A DNA stretch of 64,000 nt from Dictyostelium discoideum (lineage: Eukaryota), in assembly GCA_000004695.1 (NCBI GenBank), contig CM000155.2, positions 3,264,001-3,328,000 of the forward strand, given 5' to 3'. The notes beneath the pieces were generated by a model. That model was not told where the DNA came from. It searched no databases and saw only the letters and a program-made list of their open reading frames with translations. Numbering within the stretch: the stretch's first letter is position 1; every line of letters starts with the position of its first letter. Positions 51,640 to 61,689 of the stretch are shown piece after piece. The position numbers and the translations under genes are program-made.

Positions 51640-51925
51640 GAAAAGGAGGAAATGGAGGGAAAAAATTAAATTCCTTTTTTTTTCCTTTATTTCCTCAAAA
51701 AAAAAAAAAAACAAAATTCCTCTTTTTCCCTATATTTCCTCGAAAAAAAAATAAAATTACTTTTTTTCCTTTATTTCCTCCTTTTTTCCTTTGTTTCCTC
51801 CTTATTTTCCTTTTTTCCTTTATTTCCTTAAAAAAAAAAAAAAAAAATTCCTTTTTTTCCTTTATTCCCTCAAAAAAAAAAAAAAAAAAAAATTCCTCTA
51901 TTTCCTCTTTTTTTTCTAATAAAAA
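51640..51925. repeat. Tandem minisatellite of ~9 units, each TTCC(T)nCCTTTATTTCCTC followed by an (A)8-20 run
   Basis: Read directly from the sequence. Units are separated by variable A-runs. Confidence 0.8.
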
Positions 51926-52512
51926 AAAAAAAATAATAAAAAATTAAATTTTACATATTAGATTAATAATAATTATTAAAAAACTATATTTAATAAATAT
52001 ACTTGGATTATTTTCTCTAAATTAAAAAAAAAAGAAAAATTTTATCTGTTGATTGAATCACCACACAATTGTTTTTATTTTTATTTTTTTTATAATTATT
52101 TAGTTACAATACGATTCAGAATACTTGGATTGTTATAAAATTATGTTTCCTCAAAAATATTAAAATTAGATTTTTCTCACCCATGTGGTGAATTTTTAAT
52201 GTGGGTTAGAAAAAGTGTAAAACTATAATATATCGAAATCCAAGTCAAACCAAAATTTTTAAAAAATGAGAAAGAGATTATAACATTATTTTATTTTATT
52301 TTATTTTATTTTATTTTATTTTTTATTTTTTATTTTTTTTTTTTTTTTCTTTTTTTTTTTTTCTTTTTTCTTTTTTCTTTTTTCTTTTTTCTTTTTTCTT
52401 TTTTCTTTTTTCTTTTTTCTTTTTTCTTTTTTTTTGTCTTCACCAATTCCCAGAAAAAAAAATTCAAATTATTGTGGAAAATGGAAAATGGAAGATCATT
52501 ATATTTATAAAA

Positions 52513-52935
52513 ATGGAAATAATTGGAAAAAAGATTAAAATAATTAAGAAAAAAAAAAAAAAAAAAAAAATCAAATCAAATCAAATCAATTTTCATAAAA
52601 TTGAAAAATTAGAATTTTCACCAGAACAACCAATTGCAGGGAAAGATTTAATAGTTTCAGTATCAGGATATTTAAATAAAGAAATTACAAAAGGTGAAGC
52701 ATATTTAGCAATTACATTTGATAGAATACCAATTTTAAAATTAAAAGGTAATTTATGTAATGGTATGGGTGTTACTTGTCCAACTCCACAAGGTAATTAT
52801 TCAACAACAACTATTAATCAAGAAATACCTGAAAATGTTCCACAAGGCTATTACTATGTTAATTTTGTATTATATGATCAAGATGATCTGCAAATCACTT
52901 GTGTTGATGTCCAAATGAATATTACACAATCATAA
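52513..52935 (+). CDS. ML (MD-2-related lipid-recognition / NPC2-like) domain protein; 5' end uncertain
   Basis: The C-terminal 110 aa have the ML-domain pattern (PIAGKDLIVSVSGYLNKEITKGEAYLAITFDRIPI...C.GMGVTCP...YVNFVLYDQDDLQITC). The first in-frame ATG is at 52513, but the following K-run is encoded by an A24 tract and no signal peptide is seen. A short upstream signal-peptide exon spliced at AAAATTAG (about 52609) is plausible. Confidence 0.5.
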   Translation: MEIIGKKIKIIKKKKKKKKIKSNQINFHKIEKLEFSPEQPIAGKDLIVSVSGYLNKEITKGEAYLAITFDRIPILKLKGNLCNGMGVTCPTPQGNYSTTTINQEIPENVPQGYYYVNFVLYDQDDLQITCVDVQMNITQS

Positions 52936-53071
52936 AAACAAAATTAATATAAAAAAAAATAATTATTAAAAATAATAAATAATAAATAAATAATAAATAT
53001 AATCAAAATATTTAATAATAATAAAAATAAAAATTAATTAAATAAAATGATAAACCAAGTTTGTGGTTTTT

Positions 53072-53121
<50 letters not shown>

Positions 53122-53149
53122 TTTCTTTTTTTTGATTAATCGCCTGGTA

Positions 53150-53647
53150 CTGCAAATGACCATGAAGCAATCAATATTATCAATCATTTAATAACTAATC
53201 ACAATAACACATCATTCAATCAATTTACAAACTGGTCAAAAGTAAAATCAAAAATTATAAAAACTCTAAAAAACTATCAATATAACAAAGACAAACAAAC
53301 TCGACGTGCAAAACAAATACTATTAGAAAAAGCAGCAAAATTCAAACATCTTGAAGAACAATGCATCGCTGAATACAATATTATATGTAACAAAAACAAA
53401 CTACATCAAAACCACACAAACATATCAAAAAAACATATAAATGGAGAAATACCTAGCAAGTATCTATCAGCAATACTAAACAAAAGATCAAAAGATGCAA
53501 AAATTGAATCAATCCAATATGGTAACATCATTACATCCGACCCCGACCAAATTGAAGATGCGTTTGTTGAATTCTACACAAATCTATATAGCTTACAAAT
53601 ATGTTGTCCAATTACTCACCAGCTCATGCTAAACACATGGCCCATCA
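53150..53647 (+). mobile_element. Fragment of a non-LTR retrotransposon ORF2 (the region between the endonuclease and RT domains), truncated at the assembly gap
   Basis: An A-rich sense-strand ORF reads ...KRSKDAKIESIQYGNIITSDPDQIEDAFVEFYTNLYS, a motif typical of LINE ORF2. It runs straight into the N-run. Confidence 0.55.
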
Positions 53648-53757
53648 TAAAAAATGANNNNNNNNNNNNNNNNNNNNNNNNNNNNNNNNNNNNNNNNNNN
53701 NNNNNNNNNNNNNNNNNNNNNNNNNNNNNNNNNNNNNNNNNNNNNNNNNNNNNNNNN
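53648..53757. other. Assembly gap (110 N)
   Basis: A run of N characters. Confidence 1.
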
Positions 53758-54746
53758 AAATAAATAAAAAAAATGGGAAAAGGGAAAATGATTTTTATTT
53801 AATTAAAAAATAATTTTTTAATAAATTTTATTTAATAACCGTCAATATATTAAAAAAAAAGAAAAAAAAAAAAAAGTAAAAATTTAAAAATAAAGTAATA
53901 GTTTAAAAAAAAGAGTATTTTTATTATTTCATTTTTTTTATTTAAAAATTTTACCAAAATAAAGTCAATGTGGTTGTTAAATTATATGAATATTAATTAA
54001 ATAATAATCGATTACTTTTGAATTTTTTTTTTTTTTTTAATCACTTTAATTTAAGCAATTTTTGTTTGCTTTTGGTCACTTAAAACAAATTAAATGATCA
54101 AAGAGAAGTTCCACTACAATGGTTCTGATATAATAAAAAAATATTGAAGCTAAGAGATCTTTTGGATTTTATTGACCATTTTAATTGGTTGATAAACAAT
54201 TGTTATTATTAATAATATTATTGTTATTATTTTCGTTTTTTCGATATTTCTTTAATTTTTAATTTTATTTTCACAAAGGGAACAAAATATAATAGTTTGA
54301 GCAAAAAATAAAAAAAAAAAAAAAAAAATTAAAAAAAAAAAAAAAAAAAAAAATTTGAATCCCAAACTTGAAAATTAAAAATTAAATAAAATAAAATAAA
54401 AAAAAAAAATGATCAAAAAAAAAATGATCAAAAAAAAAAAAAAAAATTAAAAAAAAAAAATTAAAATAATATTTTAATTTAAATCTCATACCACTAAAAA
54501 TAATTTAATAAATAAATAAAAATAAATTATAATATCAATTTTTTTTTTTTTTTTTTTTTTTGGGGGTTTTTTTTTGGGGTATTTTTTTTTTTAATTTTTT
54601 TTTTTTTTTGCACTACCTCTAAAAGTATTTGACAATCTTTTTAATATTATAATCTTTGTAGAAATTATTTATATATTTATTTATTTTCTTTTTTATTTTT
54701 CATTAACATATAAAAATCTTTTAATATTATTTAATTATTTATCTTA

Positions 54747-55215
54747 ATGGGTAAGTTAACCACCTTAAACATTGATCGTTTTTACACAGAATATTTTTAT
54801 AAAAATAAAAAAAAAAATAAAAAAAAAAAAATAAAATAAAATAATAGATGGTTTTTTTTTTTTTTTTTTTTTTTTTTTATGATCAAACTAAATTTTATTT
54901 TTAAATATTAAAGAAAACAAAACCATTTAAACAAATAGTGAAAGTAAAGTCTTTTTTGCTAATTAATTTTTCTTTTTTCTTTTTCACAATTTAAGATCAG
55001 CATAAAAGCAAAGAGCAGGAAGTAATTAACAATGAACCAGAGGATTTATTGTTAATAAGAACCTATGGTGACAATTCTAGTGCTCGATCATCAGGTCAAC
55101 TAAATATTCGAGATTCACCAAACAAGCCATTTAACTATCCTTATGTCATTCCACCAAAAAAAGACTTAATAGATTTATTACAAGAACAAGAGTTACAACC
55201 GCAACAAAAAGAACC

Positions 55216-55287
<72 letters not shown>

Positions 55288-55289
55288 GC

Positions 55290-55321
<32 letters not shown>

Positions 55322-56302
55322 GATCAACCACTACAACAACAACTACAACTACAACTACAACAACAACTACAACTACAACAACAACTACAACAACTACAAC
55401 TACGACTAAAAACACTACAATTACAACAACAACTACAACTACTACAACTACAACTACTACAACTACAACAACCACAACAACAACTACAACTACAACTACT
55501 ACAACTACAACAACTACAACAACAACTACAACTACAACTACAACTACTACAACAACAAAAAGCAAAAAAAGTTGATAAGGATTTGGAAATAATTGAGAAA
55601 TTTAAATCAGCAAATGAAAGTTCACTTTCAAAACAAGAAAAAACAGTAAAATTCTATCACAAAGGTACTCTTTACCAATATGGTTTTTCTCAAGAAACAT
55701 TTGATAAAACTATCGATGCCTCATTAAGTGAATTAATGATTAGCATAAATTGTAGATACATAGAGGTGATTGATAAAAATGAAAAAGGTAAAGGAAAAGT
55801 GATCCATGATTTAATTGGTCCAGCCGTATTCAATAATAAGGTAATTAATGACATAATCTTTGGTTTTTGTTACTACGATAAAGAGTTTCGAAATTGCCAA
55901 AAACATTGGTCATTAAGAATAATGGAGCATAGGACAAAATATCCAACAATTTTGAATATATCCATAACCATTTTACGTAACATCCAGGTTAGATGTAAAG
56001 ATATTTATGTAATTTTGGTAAATTTATTAATGGGTCATACTTTAGTCACTGGTTTGAAGTTATTTATTGATAAATTAGTCTCTTTTATCGATGGTCTCGG
56101 AAATAATAAAAAAGTAGAAATCTTTAAAATTGAAGATTTTGAAGAATTAATTCGATTATTCAAATTGGAGTATATGGATTATTCAATATCCATATATACA
56201 AGGGATTATTTTAAAGAATTAAAGAGATATATATATTTACTTCATCTCTTTTCAACCAATAAATTGTCAAATGAAAATGTGTTACCAATAACTCAAAACT
56301 AA
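54747..56302 (+). CDS. Hypothetical poly-Q protein, paralog A of a tandem family; 2 exons join(54747..54750,54996..56302), 436 aa
   Basis: Exon 1 is the micro-exon ATGG followed by GTAAGT. The acceptor TTTAAG at 54995 restores M-D-QHKSKEQEVINNEPEDLLLIRTYGDNSSARSSGQ... A Q33 tract and (QQLQL)n follow. The conserved C-terminal domain reads KVDKDLEIIEKFKSANESSL...IEVIDKNEKGKGKVIHDLIGPAVF... Confidence 0.6.
55216..55322. repeat. (CAA)n microsatellite (~35 units, one CAG) encoding poly-Gln, followed to 55560 by imperfect (CAA CAA CTA CAA)n
   Basis: Read directly from the sequence. Confidence 0.9.
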
Positions 56303-57359
56303 ATAATAATATTCAACTTTACAAAATATATTAATAACATCACATCAAAATAGAATTGATTATCCTTGCTTTACCATCAACCCAATTTTAATGACTGTCC
56401 TCCCAAGCTTCAAACTATTGCTTGATATTATTTATATATAAACAATATTACAAACTTTTCTTATCAACTAATTTTAATTTATTAATCTTTTTTTTAAAAA
56501 AAAAAAAGAAAAAAGAAAAAAATTAAAAAATAATAAAAACTAAACCATATTTTTAAAATTTATAAAAAAAAATATATATATTTATTTATGTGTTCAGCAA
56601 GAATCTTTAAGTTCCTTTTTCCAAATTTATTTCTATCACAATTAAAAATTAAATCCAAAATAAAATAAAATAAAAATTAAAAAAAAAAAAAAAAATAAAA
56701 TCAACCATTTTCTTTTTTTTCTTTTCAATTGAACTTCAAAATTGCACAACAACAAGAATTTTTTAAAAAAAAAAAAAAAAAAAAATTTTAATTTAAAAAA
56801 ATATTTATAAAAGGAAAAAGCAAAAATAAAAAAAAAAAAAAAAAAATCACAAATAAAAACTAGAATCTACAATAATCACCACCACACTTCCCTTTTTAAT
56901 AAAAACAAAAAAAACAAAAAAAAAAAATGGAAAAAAAATATACATTTAAAAATAATTATTATTTTTAATTGTTTTCAAGATTTATAAATAAAACATCGGT
57001 TTTTTATATTTAAAGAAAAAAAATAAAAAAAAATAAAAATTAATTTAAGAAAAAAAAAAAAAATTTAAAATTAATTAAAAAAAAAAAAACTTTAATTTCA
57101 TCAATTTTATTTTTTAAAATAAAAATTTTTTTTTTTTTTTTGTTTTTGTGTTTTTTTTGAGAAATTTTTTTTTTTTTTTTTTTATTTTTAATTAGTTACC
57201 TTAGTTTATATTATTTATTTTTTCATATATTTTCTTTTTTTTTTTTTTTTCATATATTTTCTTTTTTTTTTTCATATATTTTCTTTTTTTTTTTTTTTCT
57301 AAACAAAAATCTTTGATATTATTTAATTATTTTTATAAACTGTATTTATCTTTATCTTA

Positions 57360-58131
57360 ATGGGTAAGTTAATCAATATAGTAAAATACTCACCACGTTT
57401 TTCATTTTTTTAAAAAAAAAATCTAAAAATTTTATAAGATCATAATAACATTGTTGATATCCTTACCAAAATGAGTAATTTTGTAAAAAAGAAAAAAAAA
57501 AATAAAATAATAAAAATAATAAATAATAAAAAAATAAAATTAAGTTCATAAATGCATTCATCACCTCCCGTTTATAAAAAAATAAAAAATAAAAAAAAAA
57601 AAAAAAATTTATCCAAATTTTTTATTTTATTTTATTTTACTTTATTTTTGAAGACCAAACATATTAATTGTTTGAAAATCTAAAAATAAATATGGTATTT
57701 TATTTATTTTTTATTTTTACAATTTTTTTTTTTTTTTTTCTAATTTTTTTTTTTTTTTAAATAACATCGACGAGGATTTAAAAATTATAAAGAAAATAAA
57801 ACCATATAAATAAACGGTGAAAGCAATGTTTAATTAATTTAATTTTTATTTTCTTTTTTTTTTTTCTACAAATTTAATAAAGATAAACAAGACCATGATA
57901 AAAGTGAGGGGTGGAAAGTCATCAACAATGCACCTAATTTGGTGAAAGTTTTAAATTCCTATGGTCACAATTCTTGTGCTCAATCATCAGGTCAAAAAAG
58001 AGAAATTCCAGTTTCATCATCAGATGAGCAGTATAATTTTCCAACTAAAGAAGAATTTCTTATCAATTTAATACAACAACATCCCCAACAACAAGAACAA
58101 CCTCATCAACAACAACAAGAACAACCTCATC

Positions 58132-58190
<59 letters not shown>

Positions 58191-58940
58191 ATAGAAAAAG
58201 TTGATAGGGATTTGGCAATAATTAAGGAAATTGAATCAGCAAATGAAAGCTCACTTTTAAAACTAGAAAAAAAAACAGTAGCAATCTATTTCAAAACCTC
58301 TATTTACAAATTTGAATTTTCTCATGAAACATTAGATAAAACTATTAATGTCTTATTAGGAGAATTAATGGTTAGCAGAAATTGTAAATATATAGAGGTG
58401 ATTGACAAAAATGAAAAAGAAAAGAGAAATGTGATCCATGATTTAATTGGTCCTGCCGTATTCAAGAATATGGTAATTAGAGAGATCATTTTAAGATTTT
58501 ATTTTCATAAAAGAGAGTTAGAAATTTGTGAACAAGATTGGTCATCAAGTATAGTACTATATAAAACAATGAATGAACATAAAACAATTTTGGATATTTT
58601 AATACAGATTTTACATAACATCCAGCTTAGATGTGAAGTTATTTATGAAGGTTTACAGGTCGATCATCCTTTAGCCCTTGGCTTAGGCTCATTCATAGAA
58701 AAATTAAATCCATATATCAATGGCCTCAGAAATAATAATGAAGAAGTGGAAATCTTTAATTCTAATGATTTTAAAGAATTAATTGAATCATTCAAATTCG
58801 AGTATATAAATTTATCAAAATCTGAAAATTCATGTGCTAAACAATTAATGATGGATTATTTTAAAGAGTCAAAGAGATATTTATTTTTATTTTATTTCTT
58901 TACAATCAATAAAGATCAAATCAAAATGAGTTATCAATAA
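57360..58940 (+). CDS. Hypothetical poly-Q protein, paralog B; 2 exons join(57360..57363,57883..58940), 353 aa
   Basis: It has the same ATGG|GTAAGT micro-exon, with the surrounding 19 nt ATCTTAATGGGTAAGTTAA identical to paralog A. The acceptor AATAAAG at 57882 gives M-D-KQDHDKSEGWKVINNAPNLVKVLNSYGHNSCAQSSGQ... Its C-terminal domain is collinear with paralog A (KVDRDLAIIKEIESANESSL...IEVIDKNEKEKRNVIHDLIGPAVF...). Confidence 0.6.
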
Positions 58941-59760
58941 CTCAAAACCTAATAACAATTAATATTATAAAAAAAAAATAATAAAACTCAACTTTACAAA
59001 ATAAAATAATACCTTTTATAAAAAATTAAATAAAAATAAAATAAATAAAAAAAAAAAAATAAAATAAAATAAAATAAAATAAAATAAAATAAAATAAAAG
59101 ATAATTAATAATTTCATTAAGATAATTTTATTTAAATATATAAAAAACTATTAATATAATATTATTCTAAAAACCTCAAAATTATTTATTTATTTTATTT
59201 AAAATGAAAAACAAAATAGTTGGTGGTTGTGTGTAAGAAATAATTAAATTGAGCTGCACAAAACAAAATAATAATTTTGAGGTTTTTAGTATAATAGTTA
59301 CAAAAAATTTCTTGATTATAATATTATATTAATAGTTTTTTATATATTTAAATAAAATTATCAAGTGTCGAGGTATTTCCTTATGTTATCCCACAAAATT
59401 AATAAATAAAATAAAAGAAGTGTGATTGACCAAAATAATAAAAAAAAAGGCTATAGCACAAAAAATAAAAAAGGCTTTAGCACAAAAAAAAAAAAAAAAA
59501 AAAAAAAAAAACCCCTTTTCACCAGTTAAAAATAATTATTTTTTTTTTTTTTTTTTTTTTTAATTTTTTGATCGGAAATTAAAAATAATCAATTTCACTT
59601 TTTTTTTTAATTTCTCCCCTATTATTTTTTTTTTTTAATATTTTTTTTTTTATTTTTTTTTTTTTCAACACAAAACACCTACAAAGAATCTTTATTATTA
59701 TATACCTATTTTTATTATATTTTTTTTTTTTTATTTTAAGCGATACACTATAAAAATATT

Positions 59761-59804
<44 letters not shown>

Positions 59805-59857
59805 ACTATTTAACCATTTGTAAGATTTGTAAGTTTACAATATATATATATTATTTT

Positions 59858-60895
59858 ATGACCATTAATGTACTAACTAACAATCTATTAGCAAATCACA
59901 ACATAGATAAACTCAAAGCAATGTCAACCGATAATTTTGAAAAAATTAAAGGTAGACCAACCCAAAAAGAGGAGTGGCAATTAAAAGAATGGGAAAAGGA
60001 AAAAGATGAAAATAATAGACTTTTTCAAGAACAAAAACAAAAAACAACAAACAGAAAAGGTTGATTTGAATGGTGATTAGATCTAATTAATGAAATTATA
60101 GAAAGTGCAACTTCATTAACTCCAGCAACATTTGATAAAAAAGAAAAAGATAAGAGAAATATCGTCCGTATCTCACTCGGATCCATATTCAAAAGTAAGG
60201 TAATACTGAATAATATAAACAAGTTTTATAATAATCATAATTATGTAATATCTGGATAAAAATGCCAAACTTGTTTTATACATTATTCTATCAGGATATT
60301 CATTTACTGTTTTGTACATCTTTGACCAATATTGCTTGCAAATTTCAAATTCCTCATTATAACATCCAACTAAGGTGCCATGAGATTCACGCAAGCACAG
60401 AACATAATTTAGGGAAGAATCATCCTATAGTCTCAGGTTTTGATGCATTCATAGTTAAATTGGATTACTTTATAAATTGTCTCGCAAATGATAATTATGG
60501 AAAAGTTGAAATCTTTAGATTTGAAGATTATGAAGAATTGATTCAATCATTCAAATCTGGGTATATGGATTTATCTGGTAATTCAGAAAACGAGCAATTG
60601 ATGCATCACTTCAAAGAATCAAAGATACATATTCTTAGTCCATTTTATTTCAATGAACAAGGATCAAATCAAAATGAACCCAATTCCACTCAATCCACAA
60701 TCACCATCAGCATCACCACCAATCGGAGTAGAAACAGTGAAACTATTAGAAAATAATAAAATTTTTATTATTAATGGGAATCAAATAGATTTTGGTATTG
60801 ATGATTATGAAACAAATTTAAATTACACTAAATGCATTTACCAACAACCCTCAATACCATTGATAATCCTTGACCTGGATATCAACAAAATTTAA
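59858..60895 (+). pseudogene. Third, degenerate copy of the same family (fragments in three frames)
   Basis: Homology to paralogs A/B is split across frames: ...KKEKDKRNIVRISLGSIFKSKV (about 60120-60200), NIQLRCHEIHA...VEIFRFEDYEELIQSFKSGYMDL...FKESKIHIL (60262-60660), then NKDQIKM... in another frame. It is either decayed or interrupted by unrecognised introns. Confidence 0.4.
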
Positions 60896-61551
60896 TTGCT
60901 ATCTGTTTCTCCATAAGTTTCCACAACAATTGACCATTCTTTCATATCAAATGATTTAACAATTCCAACTTCCAACTGTTGGCTGATAATAAAGAAAAAA
61001 AAAAAAAGAAACATGTCCAATTTGTAATATTAAAATATTAAAGTACCGAAAGGTTTTAGAAAAAAAAAAAAAAAAAAATTTGTATTACTACTACCTTTTT
61101 TAATAAAAGTTTATTTAGTTTTAAATTGTGAATTTTAATTTTATTTTATTTTATCTAAAAAAATTTAATTATTTAATTTTATTTTTTTATTATTTAATTA
61201 TTTTTAATAAGGAGGCCAACCATTTTTTTATATTGATCAATCAGTGTTTATTCATTAAAGGAAATAAACAATAGTTAATTTTTTATTTGTAAATTTTAAT
61301 TTTAAAATTAAAAAGATGTAAAGTAATTTTTTCTTTTTTAATTTATATAACTAAAGAATTTAATATTTTGAAATATAGTTGACAAAACTCGTATCACCTG
61401 GCTGTGAATTTTTCAATGTCATGATTCATCTCAAGGTTATTAATATTTTTATGGTATAGTATGATAATTAACACCACTTTTGCACCTTTATCAATTTTAA
61501 TTATGGTCTTTAACGAACCATTATCATCAAACAATCATTGAAAACATCAAT

Positions 61552-61633
61552 GACATCGTAGCGAAGTGGTCTAACGCGTTTGACTTGAAATCAAATCTCC
61601 TAGGAGGCGCAGGTTCGAACCCTGCCGATGTCG
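61552..61633 (+). tRNA. tRNA-Ser (anticodon UGA), 82 nt with a long variable arm
   Basis: The sequence is GACATCGTAGCGAAGTGGTCTAACGCGTTTGACTTGAAATCAAATCTCCTAGGAGGCGCAGGTTCGAACCCTGCCGATGTCG. The acceptor stem is GACATCG/CGATGTC. The anticodon loop is CTTGAAA. The variable stem-loop is CTCCTAGGAG. The T-loop is GGTTCGAACCC. Confidence 0.8.
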
Positions 61634-61689
61634 ACAATTTTAATGTTAATATTAATTAGATACCCGCTTTTTTTTGGCATCTTTATTTC

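Noticed and set aside
55146-55565. 139-aa poly-Val minus-strand ORF
   Set aside because: It is the reverse complement of the (CAA)n poly-Gln tract of paralog A.
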